From: Azolla caroliniana
Lineage: Eukaryota; Plantae; Polypodiophyta
Direction of reading: 5' to 3'
Assembly: GCA_043228905.1 (NCBI GenBank)
Contig: JBHGNT010000001.1
Span: 32,116,001-32,180,000, forward strand
DNA: 64,000 nucleotides
Below, in pieces: positions 40,621-56,592 of the stretch; within the stretch, counting starts at the first letter, position 1; each line of letters begins with the position of its first letter. The notes beneath the pieces are model-generated. The model ran no database searches. It saw only the letters and a list, made by a program, of their open reading frames with translations, and was not told the origin of the DNA. A program made the position numbers and the translations under genes.

Positions 40621-42262
40621 CTTAGATGATCCATAATCCAATAAGTGAAAAGTTTAGATGGTATGCATGTAAACGAGTAGAAGATATTGATGAGCCTCCT
40701 CGCCATCACATCACTCATTGGATGCTTGGAGACTCTAAATAAGGTGAAGACGAGAAATGAAGAAAGGGATATAAGAGGTTAAACACGTGTTGGTTCACAT
40801 ATAAAACCCCATTATTGCTTTGTGATATTTGAACAATAGTTTTTTTTAAAGTAAATGCAACTTGTTTTGCTACATCAATTTATAACATAGCTTGTGAGTG
40901 ATGTGCAAGCTCACACTTTAGAGAGTATATTACATAACCATTGACTTCATTGAATGGAATGAAGTACATTCACACACACACACACACATATTAGATATTG
41001 CCATTTGTCCCGCATTTACATAATTGTTTCCATACAACTTAGTTTACTTTCTCTTTAAGGGAGAGAATGGCTCCAACAAGAAGATTTATCAATTAATGTA
41101 CATTTTGGCCCAAGCAAGTTCAATTAATCTCTATTTGCCATGGCTATGCTTCATCACATAGATTGTGGTTCAATTTCTTGCACTCACTCATATATGCTAT
41201 TTTATCAATCCGCTTATAGCCTCCCTGCACCATTGTGTCAAAGTTACCTATTCATGTCTTGCCTTGGACAAGTTCAATTTATCTCACCTTGCCATGGGTT
41301 CCGACCTATATCATAAATCAAGGTTTAGTTTCTCATTGATGTTAAAAAGTATATCTACCTATTTCTCTTTTGAAATTGTACAACAATTAGAAGTGGTTGT
41401 GTTTGATTAATTGGGTTACAATTACCAAATCATCCATTCCTAGCCTATGAGGCAAGGTTTGGAAGAATTGAAATAGTGAGTTATCATCAGGGGTTTAGCC
41501 TAGATTTATCATGAATGTACATACAAGATTGCATGTTTTAACTAATCGCATGTCCATCTATGCAGTGGTAATCAAAGTTAAATGTACATACATTGTTAAA
41601 TGTTTTGACTAATTGCATGCCCATCTATGTAGCTGTAATCAAAGTTTCATGTATTTTACCCATTTCATAGAGCATGTTTTAATTGCGTCACACCTTGTTG
41701 GATTCCATACTCTGTAAAGAAGGTGGAGAATTAAACAAATGTCATCAACTCAACATGACTTGGAACTAAATAATGGTTGGTCGCACTATTGCATCTTTCT
41801 TAGTAATGACATAAATAAATTAGTAACATTACCATGGCACATCTTCTTATACCCTTATAGGCAATCTTGCCCTATGGAAGAGGGTACATTCAATTGGAGT
41901 TTGATGTTCCAAAATGGTATGATCACCACCATAACTTCACAATAGCAACAAAATCATGCTAAAACAAAATGCACAAGTATGCTTTATATGTCACAAAGAA
42001 GAGTTTTATGATAGAATGAACAATTGTATACAACAAAGATGTCGCATATCAATCACTCATGGAGTAGAGGGTGAAGCAAAGAAGGTGTGATGAAACATGT
42101 GTTTTTCATCATAAGGTAACAAGAACCTATAATTACATATTCTTGAGCAACAACAAAGTCATATGAGGGCGTGCATATTGGCAAAATGAACAAGGATCCT
42201 TAGATTAGAACTTAAACCAAACGCTTTTTCAAGACCGTCAACTTGATTCTGAATCACATAAT

Positions 42263-42859
42263 GGTCAACAATTACCGTGTCTCACTTGATACCACTAATA
42301 CTAAGGTGAGCACATTGTTGCGAAACCGAAACCATGCTATAAACATCATGAATTTGCCATATTGGTCGCTCGTGACGATAAGGGGTTTAGGCAGAGGGAT
42401 CAATGCTACAATATGTCCTTGAAACACACATTGGATGGTTGTAACCACGTAAGTCACCAACATTGGAAAGTCATTCCTACAAAAGCGTGCCACATACAAA
42501 TGATGGAATGATCGAGAAACGAAACATCATGATGATGTGGGGAGTCACATCGATGGACTGCGGGTGGGTAGTAGGTAGAAGGAAATATTGAGTGGCAGCC
42601 ACTACTAACTAGTCAGACCAGGTACGAGTCTCAAGGCACCAAATATATATATATATATAACATACATACATACATATTACACACACATAGAAACATGCAT
42701 TGATCTTCTAAACTTGATCTTTGACTAGTGATGAGAGACTCAAGCTTTTTTCTTATTAAATTTCAATGGTAAGTCTTTCATTATTCAAAACAAAGTGACA
42801 TGACACACACGCACGCACGCACGCAGGCACACCTTCCTTCTCACCTTCATTATTTGACC
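42263..42859. promoter_or_regulatory. W-box cluster and TA-rich TATA-like run at the WRKY promoter/leader
   Basis: TTGACY occurs at 42263-42268 (minus strand), 42721-42726 and 42854-42859. A (TA)n run ending TATAA lies at 42644-42660. Confidence 0.4.
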
Positions 42860-43867
42860 CACAAAGAATTCCTAGCTATCTTTTCTCCCTTCGTTTTATT
42901 TCTTGTTCTTGTTTTGGTTTCAAAAATCTATGTGTCTTGTGAATCTTCTTGATTGATTGATGTCTGTCATCCGAAGACGAAGATGAGCAACCAAGAAGAT
43001 GCCCAATGCCCATGCCCATGCCCATGCCCATGCACATGCACATGCACATGCATATATGTATGCCCATGCCCATGCCCATGCCCCATCCATCCCATGCATG
43101 TGTGGCACATTACCATGCCCATGACCATGCACATGCATATATGTATGCCCATGCCCATGCCCCATCCATCCCATGCATGTGTGGCACATTACCATGCCCA
43201 TCACATGGCATGCATGCATGCATGCATCATGTATGTATGTAATGTATGCTCCTATCTCTCTCTCTCTCTCTCTCTCTTCCTCTGTTCCACCTTTCTCTTT
43301 CTCCCTCTCTACTCATTTTCCTTTTCTCCTCTCTTCTCCCCTCTTCCTTTTCTCTCTTCCTTATTATTCCTCTCATTCCCTCTCCTCTCTCTTCTCTGGC
43401 ACTCTCTTTCTCTCTCTTCCCCTGTTCCTCCCCCGCTTTCTCTCTCTTCCCCTGTTCCCCCCCGCTTTCTCTCTCTTCTAGACCACACTCGTTCTCTTTC
43501 TTCGCCTCCTATCTTTTCTTTCTTTCTCCTTGGACATCAGAGCTAAGAGCCCTTCTTCTTGTCCTCTCTCTCTCTCTCTCTCTCTCTCTTCCCCTGTTCA
43601 CCGTCTCTCTCTTCCCCTGTTGTTTCTCTTTCTCTTTCTCTCTCTTCCCCTGTTCTTTCTCTCTCTCTCTCTCTCTCCCTCTCTCTCACATCTTCCACAG
43701 GTCTTTGCAGTTGAACTGCTCCAAGTATGTAGTGGGGTTCGGTTGTGTTTACTTTTATCTCCCCTCATCTTTCTCTTTCCTTTATTGTTTCTAGGTACCC
43801 AAATTCCACCCCCCCCCCCCTCTCTGTCTCCCTCTCTCATCAAACCCTCTTTGGGTTCTCATCATAA
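42731..43867 (+). CDS. Candidate spliced upstream ORF (44 aa) in the WRKY 5' leader
   Basis: Predicted exons 42731-42768 | 43701-43724 | 43795-43867, with donors G|GTAAGT and A|GTATGT and acceptors CCACAG| and TTCTAG|. The product is MRDSSFFLIKFQWSLQLNCSKYPNSTPPPLSVSLSHQTLFGFSS*. Splicing is inferred from the motifs only. Confidence 0.5.
42999..43250. repeat. (ATGCCC)n/(ATGCAC)n hexamer minisatellite with a duplicated higher-order unit and (CATG)n/(TATG)n runs
   Basis: Directly visible. The unit ..ATGTATGCCCATGCCC..CCATCCATCCCATGCATGTGTGGCACATTACCATGCCCAT occurs twice. Confidence 0.9.
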
Positions 43868-44040
43868 TCAAACCCTAATCAATCCAGACTTCTCTTCCTT
43901 TTTTTCATCAATTCGCTAGTTCTATGTTCTCTCCCAAAATATAATTCCTCAATAATTTTGCGCTCTTTCCCCCTCTCTCTCTCTCTCTCTCTCTTTCTCT
44001 CTTTCTCCCCCCCCCCCCCCCACCCCCTTCCTTACCCTCC
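43254..44040. repeat. Long pyrimidine-rich (CT)n low-complexity tract upstream of the WRKY ATG
   Basis: Multiple (CT)n runs, repeated CTCTCTTCCCCTGTT units and poly-C runs. Confidence 0.9.
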
Positions 44041-44041
44041 C

Positions 44042-46788
<2,747 letters not shown>

Positions 46789-49700
46789 CCGACATTTCAT
46801 GTATAGTGCTTAAAAACATTTAATATATGATCGAACATAGGGTCTTCATTTGAGTTATGTTGCCCTTTACCACCCATACAAAGTCTTTAGCTTCTTGGCT
46901 AACCCTAGTGAGTTTGTTTTATAGTTAACTCATGAATGGGTTTCCAATCTTTTTTTATGATAGAGAAAAGGACTTCTTGCAAAGCGCCATCAAGGATCAA
47001 TATTGTATATTAAATTCTATGTAATGAAAATTTGTTTTGGTATAATGTAAGAGGTCTTTTAAGTGTTTGACTCTCTTGAATATAGAGGTGTGCTACGAAT
47101 ACAATACTAGGTGTATTGTTATTCGTCTCAATCTTGAAGTTTTCTTGCAATAATGGTTGTTTGGAATTCCTTTTAAGAGTTGGATTTTGGCTTCCATAGT
47201 TTGGTTTTAGATCCCATGTCAGCTACGTTGTTCTTGACTCTCAAAAAACAATTAAACCATTTTTCGTTGTATAGACATTAACGGAGTTTGATAGGTGTTA
47301 GAATCATACAAGAAGTTTGCAAGCTTATTTGAGGTATTGCTATATTGGCCCCAATGTGTCGAAACATCCACAATTGTTGAAGATAAATGATTTTTATTGC
47401 TAGTTTGCATTGGTGCTACCTATGATTGATTGGCAAATTAGATGTGAAAGGTGATAGTGATTGGTAGTTGCAAGGGACATTAGTGTTATGGGTTGAGCTT
47501 CTTTGCACATGGAGTAGTTGCTTGGCGTTGTATTGTCTTTGTTGCATAACAATGAAATTCACTTTTGTAAGAAATTCTTTATGATGCCTCACATTTGTCA
47601 ACGCTATCATTCTTAAATTCAAACCCATAATACATGCCAAAGTAGGTGCGTGAAGTTGTATTGCAAGCAATTGGCCTTTGCCATTTTGTGTGTCAATGCC
47701 TAGAGGAATTTCAACTGATGAGTGAGTGATGAATCTATCATGGGGAAAGGCAGCATATATTTGATGAAGATATAGTGAATACGATGAAATATGGAGCATA
47801 ATTAAATCCATCTAAATGTTTATGAGCATGATTCTTGAGCACAAAAGCAAAATGTGAGCTACAAATCTTGATATATAGATGGAAAAGGAGGCAAGGAAAT
47901 GTTGTGCTCTTGATGTCTCCTTATAAAGGTAGCATGCTATTGTTCTTTGAAAAGGAAATAAAAAATGGTGTATACATGATAGGATGCTCAATATCCATTC
48001 TCTTGGTTAGCCACTACTAAACATTCGTTCGTATTCATATTTGATTGTTGCTAGTTATTACTTGTTCACATCACCCAAAAGTTGAAGTGTTATATGTGTC
48101 AATAAATCATGAAATAAGTGTGTGTGTGCGCGTGTGCGTGTGCGTGCGTGTGCAAATCAATCACAATGTTGAAATGCTCTACTTGCATTGGAATCGTTTA
48201 CACAAAACACCTTTGTGAATCTAGATATAGTCATGATAAGGCTTGCATTAGGTTCTAAAGATGATTGAATGTAAGAGTTGACGATGATGCAAGCTTGTTT
48301 AATGTAGCATGAAATGGCATCCACATGTTAAATGGAAGTATTGGTTCCGTATTCTCATATTTTTGTCAATATGTCGAATGGTTTGGTATATATAGTGTCA
48401 ATAGTTGGTTCAATTCATAAATGTCACATTTTGATTAAGAGGTTCAACTGTCTTTAATTATAATCTTTCTTGCAAGCAAAAGAAAAGTCTTTGAGTTTGG
48501 CGTTATAGCTCCTTGATTGGAAGATTATCGACCCAATACAATCTTTTAGAGACACGTAGGTGAAATATATCAACTCAAAGTTGACATTTCATTCATGCTC
48601 GTGCTTTCAAAGTTTGTGTATCATATTGTGTTCTAGGTGGCATTATGAAGGCGAATAAAATACTTGCATTGATTGGTTGTTTATGTTTTGCTCCAATGTC
48701 CAAATATGAAATAGAATCCTTTTAGCAACATGTCAAAGATTTTGTGCTTCTTATAACTAAAATGAGGAGAGGAGTTGACAAAAAAAACCACTTATTATTT
48801 ATGACCATTTCTATTCTTGGTGTTTGTTCATTAACCAATATCTATCATTTTCTATTCCTTAAAATACTAGAGTGCTACAATTTGAAAAACAATACTAGAA
48901 CTAAAGTCGTAAGATGAGATAGACAAAATTTGCTATATTTGGTGAACCAGTTTTTTGATTTGACAATTACTCATCGTTCAGCCACTTGTGCCTTCTTATA
49001 TTTGGACCTTCTAAGCACTGTGTGGTTGGCTCTTTTCAGCCATTTTTCACAGTTTTAGTGAAGCTTTTGCTTACTTGATTTTATGATGCCAGATTTTGTA
49101 CTTCCTTCATATTCAACAAAACATCAACCTTGTCTCATAGAATAGAAAAACAGAGTTTGGGGGAGGGGCAGTTGAGGAAGAGTAATGAGTTGCTTTGCTT
49201 ATACTTCAAGAAGATGAGTCCCACTTTTTCTTTTTTGTTGGCAAATGTCAAAAAGTGGAGACAATAAAGTCAAATAGCTTCATTGAATTATTTTCCACGA
49301 ATCAATGTCATGATAAATATAACTTTTGTCTACCATACCAACTAACAAAATCTCCTAACTTTCTTCATTATTGTTCTTCTACAATTCTATGGTGGGATCA
49401 CGAATGTAAACTTTTTTCGAAAGTTTATTTTGACTTCATGTGATGCACCATGAATCTGATGTATATATTCATCACCGGCACATTTGATATGGTGTCTTGG
49501 AGGCAAACCAACCACCGTGAACAATGGACTATATCCCCAAACTTCTCCATCAACATTTTGCATCTTTTTTTTACAATCATTTGGAGACTTAAGTGACTTC
49601 ATTGATTCGCTCTAACATTTAAAAAATGTAATGTATAACTTAGCTCTTATTAGATGTGTGGAAATCTTAATATCACTTTCTTCTAGATATAGCATTATTT

Positions 49701-52548
49701 GTTAAATATGCAAATAATAATGGCATTCAATCATTCCTCCTCACACATAGGGTTTCACCAAATCAATATCCTGCCACTCAAAAGTCAAAAGTCTCACAAA
49801 AGCAATGATAGGCGAGCTTGCGTCTCGATGGAATAACACATTTGAGTATTTGGAAATTTACCTTAACACTCAAGTTTTCAAATATGAACTACATCGTCAC
49901 CCTTAAGGTTTCCCAAATTCTCCATAACACCCATAGCTCTAAAGTGTATTGGTTTTATGCTCAATGAGGTTATCACGCTCTTGAAATATGTTAATTTTCT
50001 TGCAAGTAAGAGAATATAACACAATTAAGATGTAGTTATACTTCTCGAAAATTTAATTGTAGTCTATTAGATGTTCTTACACATTATATCAGATTATAAT
50101 TAATTTGTAATGATGCTTTGATGTGTGCACGTATGTTGTACATTGTATGTGTATATATATATATATATATATATCAATTGCGAAGAGCATTTGTCAACTT
50201 ATTATCATAGCAACCACTCCAAGTATAATACTTTATTGTTGCTTAAGAGAAACTACAAATGTATGGATTTAAATAGAGCATTAATTATTTTCCAAGGAAT
50301 AACTTATAACCTCAATCTTGTCGCATAATGTTTTTTTTCCTCTTCTATTATACAAATCTCTTGATCGGAGAATCAATGTATGTGTTGAATTTGAAGTCCT
50401 ACTTTGTTTTTTCACAATAAGACATCATTTTTGCACTAGTCAATGTTTTTCTAAGTGGTTAATATGTGATTGTCTCTTGTCAGTAGTCACTACACACACA
50501 ATATTGAAAAATTGAGCAATGGATTTTCTGTGTGGGCGTCGAAGGTGGGAAAATGAAGGGTTCAATGCAGACATGTAAGGGCATGTTGCATGGGTCCATA
50601 CATAGTTCAATAATGAGGTGCATAATGTAATTTCTATAGATTATTATTGGTGTTCGTATAATTTAAAGATCAGATTCAAAACTTTAAATATAGTGATCAC
50701 AAGGTACATATGGTCATTAGTGCCAAATCGTTTTTAAGATAGTCAAACCACATATTGGACACGAATAAAGCAAGGGCAAAAACTATAATAAATAGGTCTG
50801 AGCAGCACTCAGAATAAAGAATCACATTATTTACATTATCTCGAGTGAGACTTGAACCTAAAAAAGAAACTTGAGATATTCAATGAAGATAGTGGCATAT
50901 ATTGTTACATATAATAATCTTGAAACGCAACGAAATTTCGAAGGAATGATGTAATTGATTTAGTTTTTTATTTGAAGCATGGGTTATAACTTATGACACC
51001 ACATATTGTTATATTGGCAAAATGAGGGGAAATTTATAATATTTCAATAGTAGAAATGTCTAAGTTTATATTTTATCAAGTCATGTCAAAAGTTCGTGCT
51101 AGAATGTAAATAGTGAGGAATGTAAAGTGCATTATATCTTGAACCTTATGGTACATAGTAATGTTTTTAGGTTAAGAAATGAAACCCTACAAATTATGGA
51201 GGTAACATTGTTCCCCAACCAAACTTTATGATGGTGAATCAATTTCTACAAACTATAAGTAGTAAGGATGCCTTAGAGATGAATGTCCACTTTTGCTAAT
51301 ACTTATGGAGCAATCGATTATGTGTAGAAAGAATTCAACAATTTGGTTCCTACCATCCATGCTAGTTCCATTCCTAGCATTCGCACTCAACAACAATTGT
51401 AATCAACTGACATTGAAACCAATATGCATAAATGAGGTTGTACCAAGGTAAAACTCGTGTATACCTACAATAAGTCACCCATGGATTCAAAATTCTAGTA
51501 AACAAACACTTATGTCTAAAAGGCCAACAATTGATCAACGATGATTTTGATCTGTACAACAAAAACATAAGAGCACGTGGAAAGCACTTTATTCATTAAA
51601 ATATCTTGGAACTTGTCTACGATCTACAACATATATAATGCTTACATTCATACACAAAAATGCCTTATTTATCAAATAAATGGACAAACCACTTAATATA
51701 TAATGATGGTGATATACAACTTTGGTAGTGTAAATACTAGATGAGATATGTTATTGTGGTTCAAAGACATTATGTGTACTCGATCAATACTCTAAACTGA
51801 TGGCTCCAAGGAACCTTAAATCAAATAAAATATGTCATCTCTATTATGTTATCTACCATTATGTGAATTCGATGGAATTGCGGGTTGACTTTGATCATTA
51901 TCACGAGACTCTTTTTCCTTTTTCTTACAATGCTCAAATTTTGTAACGTTGAAGTGGGAGGAAGAAAGTGCATCATGAATTGGGGGCACCAAATCTTTAT
52001 GGGAAGAATGATAAGTTGTGAAAAGTGAAACTTAGATTGTGCTATAAACACCTACCATGTTTGCCCCATATAGGGAAGCCAAAGTTTGGAAATAGGACGG
52101 ATGACCCTAATATATGGAATCAGTATAGATAATTAATAGAGGAGTGATTGGAAATTCGAGATAAAGCAATAAAGTGAATGTATCCATGAAAATGGCAATC
52201 ACATCTCCATGTATACATAGAGTATTAGAGACCCTTTTCTATAAGCAATATTGAAGCATTGGTCACAAAACAAAACAAACATTTACAAGGACGTGATTGG
52301 CTAGGAGTGAATAAAGGAACTAGGGCAATGAGAATGGGGAGGTTAATAACGAACACATTAATTAGTGGAATTAGAGAGAGACGAGATATATGTACATATA
52401 TCCACTTTGTGGTCACCATGAGTGTTCTCACGTGGGTTTCTTCATTACAAACGCAACACAAGACAAACACACACACACGTGCTTGATTTATAGACTTATC
52501 GAGCTACTTTCTTTGTACACCAAATTTCCTTCTATAGGTGCCTCGAAG

Positions 52549-55500
52549 TGTTGGGAAACATGTCCCTCCGGATGGGAAGAACGATGTTACCTCTTACGAG
52601 ATGTACGAAGAGTCAAGTGTGATGAGCGAGGGTCGAATGTTATCATAATGTTGTTGTGTATGTGTAGGGGGCATAAATGTAATTGTGAGTCGATACGTAT
52701 GTGAACACATGCACACGTGTGTGCATGTGGATGGATACGAGGAGGTATGAGTGAGTATCCAGTATGAATGCTCTAGGGGGCTTACACCCCTTTGTATCTA
52801 CCCCCTCTTGTACTATTTAACCCCCTTATGGGGAATGAATGAAAAATGAATCATTTCTCTCTATCTATCTCTCTTTTCATCTCTCTCTCTCTCTCTTCCC
52901 TCCCCTTAATGTTGAACCCCCTTGGGAGGGGGGTGGAGCCATTCTAGGCACCACCCCCCACCCCGCAATGCTTCTCAATGCACATGATCTCTCTCGCCAT
53001 CAATCCCATACTCTCCATCATCATCATAACCACCATGTCTATGTTTATCATGATTATCATCGTCCTTAACCCTACCCCTAAAACATACAACACCTTTTGG
53101 CGACCACTAAGGCGACCCCCCTTTGGAGACGGAGTTGAAGAATGATACGTGACAATGTGAGGCATAGTGATGATGATATGTAAGAGATGTCCGGGTAATG
53201 ATGGCGATATGCAACAAAAGGCGGAAGAAATCAGAAATGGAAGATTGACAAGATTGACTGCTGCACAATTCTACAACAAATTAATCTCTATATGTGAATG
53301 TTTTGTGTGGTCTATTTTTGCCCTAAATGTCCGAGAAATGTTGGCCAAGATGTACAAAAACGGTGTCAATGCATGAGTGGAAGTTGCAAAACAAGTTGCA
53401 AAAGGATGGCGTTACACGAGTGTGCGAGAATGGAAATGACAATGTGCAAATGTGCGGTTAGCAGCAACGTGTGCGTGTTCCAAGGAGACTGCGGAGGAAG
53501 ACGCAATGTGTGGAGCGTGGGCCAGCAAGATGTGCGGTACCGGAATGGGACGTGTTCACAGTTTCCAGTTTCCAGAGAAGCAACACGGAAAAAGTTGGAA
53601 CCATAACAAGAGTTGGTTGGCACCGAAGCGGCCGTAATGGCCGGGCGACCGTCAGAGTAGACAGAGCCGAAACAACAACAGTGACGCCGAAAAGCGACGA
53701 ACGGAGAGACAACTGTCAGATATCAACGACTGACAACCGGATGACGACTGAACAGACCGGCCGGACAGGGCCGACAAAGATGAGAGAGGCTTCAGGAACG
53801 GTCATCACCAACCGACAGCAGCCGGAGCGGCCGGAGGGCCGGACAAGGTCAGGGAAGCAAACAGGCCGCCAGGATGACGGACAGTATCGGACGACGACGA
53901 AACCGACAGAGACGGTGATGGAGTCCGCAACGGAGGCAACCGGAGCAACCAAGAGCCGAGGAGTGGCCAAAGCAACCGGAATAGCCGACCAGTGGCCGGA
54001 GTGGCCAGATAGGCCCGGACAGAGACGGAACCGGCCAGAGCAATGGCGGTGGCTGAACAATCAACGACCGGATCGGAGATGACGCTGAAACGAAGGGCCA
54101 AACAGACACACACAACAACAAACGAGGCATAGATGGACAGAGACGACAACCGGTCGGAAGGAGATACACCAATATGTAGATGGAGACAACCGCGGATGCA
54201 GGACCAGAAGGACAAGCAATCAAAGAGCGGTCGGAACAACGATGATGACGGCAAAACAAGGGCAACCACCGGAAAGGAGCCGGTTGCGGTCAAAGCGGCT
54301 GAAATGCACAGAAATGGCCGGAATGGCCGAAGTGGCTGAAATGCGCCCAGAAAGGCTGGACAACTGACGCCAAAACAACGGGCCGGATAGTATCGGCGAC
54401 AGATAGAGGAGCGGCGACAACCAACGGTCACGAGTGGCCGGTAGACGACAGAGACAAAGAAATGGAGATAGTGACGGAGAGACCATGGAATGAGAGAAGG
54501 AACTAGAACACACAGAGAAGAAAGTAGAGAGTATAGAAGAGAAGGCAGAGAAGGCTTAAGACAGAGGATGGAGAAAAATGAGCAAGGAAGAGGAAGACAA
54601 ATATAGAAGAACAACAGAAGAAGAGAGGAGAGACAAGAAGGCAAGTAGAGAAGCGGGAAAAGAAAACAGAAAGAAAGAGGAAGAAGAGGCAAGAAAAAGA
54701 CAAAAACGGAAAAAAAGAGGGAAAAAGAGAACGATAAGGGGCATTCGAGGAGTTTTGAAAACTTGAGGGCATTCGAAGAATTTCGAAAAACATGATGGCA
54801 TTGAAAAAATAAAAAATAAAATTTTAAATTTAAATTTAAAAATCAAAGGGCACATACAAAATTTTGAAAACTCATCCACCTAAAGAAATGGACGTGATCG
54901 ACCACACACAACTCAAAATAAAGGAAGAACACACATACATACAACATATTTTTGACGACCCAAATGATTTTACGAAGTTCGTAAGTCGACAGAACGAGAA
55001 TGTTCGTGTCGCGGAAGATTTGCTGACCGACAAATGTGTTTGAGTCAAGCATTCCGATCGAGGGAGTCAATCGTTGAAAGGACCGATGGAAGTTCTGGTC
55101 AAAGAAATATCATCATCAAGGCATGTGGGATCGACATGCAAGGCACTTTCCCACGGGCGTGCCATATTGTGTTACCTCGTACGAGATGTACGGAGAGTCA
55201 AGTGTGATGAGCGAGGGTCGAATGTTATCATAATGTTGTTGTGTATGTGTAGGGGGCATAAATGTAATTGTGAGTCGATACGTATGTGAACACATGCACA
55301 CGTGTGTGCATGTGGATGGATACGAGGAGGTATGAGTGAGTGTCCAGTATGAATGCTCTAAACGAGAGTCGAATAAGATGGAGTCGATGAGTAATTCAGC
55401 GGAGGCTGAAATTTGAAAACCGAAATTTAAATAATCGATTTTATAATTGATTCGGGAGACTATGGTTGTAAATAGTCTAAATATGTCCCATGTGGGCAAT

Positions 55501-55909
55501 ATTTGTAAATAGCCAGAAAGTTGTATAAGTATAAATACAAACTAGGGCAAACTTTATGACTAGAATCATTAGTAGTTGATCATCGTTGTATAGTTACATT
55601 GTGGTAGTTGCCTTTGTAACCGAGGGTGTGACAGTAGGAGAGTGAGAACAAAGTTGTAACTCAGTAGTTGTCTATTGACGAAGAAGAACTCAAGGTCGTT
55701 GCCTTTGAGTGTCTTATTGTATATTCCTCCTACCGTATAGTGATATGTTCAGAGTTTGCGGATTCCCGTGGTTTTTCCCATTTGGGTTTTCCATGTAAAA
55801 CATTTTGGGTCTCTGCACTCTTGTTTTCCATCTGTGCACTATCTTTCTTAATCTTTGCACCCGAATCTCAGAAGAGAAATCGGTTGTGGTCGGTCACGAT
55901 CCTCTCACA
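52549..55909 (+). mobile_element. Composite non-autonomous LTR-retrotransposon remnant: Gypsy(Tat)-like LTR + PBS, non-coding interior, Copia-like LTR
   Basis: An LTR-like segment at 52549-53092 (TGTTG...CAACA, internal TATTTAA and AATGAA) is followed by the PBS-like TGGCGACCAC at 53098. There is a 191-bp direct repeat at 52585-52775 and 55170-55360. The 3' part has TATAAATA and the Copia-LTR-like motif CCCGTGGTTTTTCCC..GGGTTTTCCA.GTAAAA and ends CTCTCACA. No gag/pol ORF is recognisable. Confidence 0.7.
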
Positions 55910-56487
55910 AAGATTACAAAAGGCGCTCCACCACATAATGTAAGTTGCTATTTGAAACCAAATGCTCCATCCATGTAACTCCCTCATGGTCAATTCTAGC
56001 GATATTAGATTGATTAGTATATCAAACCCAATATGGCGTTGGTTCTATGCATTTTATGAAGATTGGAACTTTGGATTGATTGGATTTCAAGTAACATTTG
56101 AGGCATGAGGGGTGATTGATCGAACTTGGGTAATCAACTCACACCGCAAAAGGCCCATATTTCACGGTTGGATCGAGTAATGTTCTGGTGGTTTGGGCAA
56201 GATTTCCTCGCTAGAAGTGACTAGCGCAGACACAAGGATGAAAACACAAAGTGTTGCCAACGTGGCCCTCAAAAGATACATATAAATAGTCTTGGTGGAT
56301 GTAATGAATGAAAAACACGCAAATGTTCGATAAGATGGTCGTGGGAAACATAATAGGGAGGGGTATAGGCGATAAATATTTCAAAAGTGTTTCTTAGTGA
56401 AGGAAGGGCACATTGAGAATATTTGAAAAGTGAGGACTTCCCGGTAAAACAACACGAAGACACAAAACCAAATACATATTCGAAAAC

Positions 56488-56488
<1 letters not shown>

Positions 56489-56533
<45 letters not shown>
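56489..56533. repeat. (AC)n microsatellite immediately upstream of the SRS2-like ATG
   Basis: Directly visible. Confidence 0.95.
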
Positions 56534-56537
<4 letters not shown>

Positions 56538-56592
56538 CTATGCAGTCTATGGTCGCCTTCGACTCTGCATCACCGTCGCCATCGCCATTGCC

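Noticed and set aside
42953-43794. Cys/His/Met-rich metallothionein-like ORFs and Leu/Ser-rich ORFs
   Set aside because: They are translations of hexamer and (CT)n repeats that lack stops in several frames on both strands.
47200-52400. AT-rich intergenic stretch with short ORFs (e.g. 47416-47811)
   Set aside because: There are no recognisable domains, consistent exon structure or element boundaries. It is probably decayed repeats.
53471-54879. Long ORFs (203 aa, 295 aa and others) inside the LTR structure
   Set aside because: They arise from GC-rich or purine-skewed low-complexity DNA, overlap on both strands and show no gag, protease, RT or integrase motifs.
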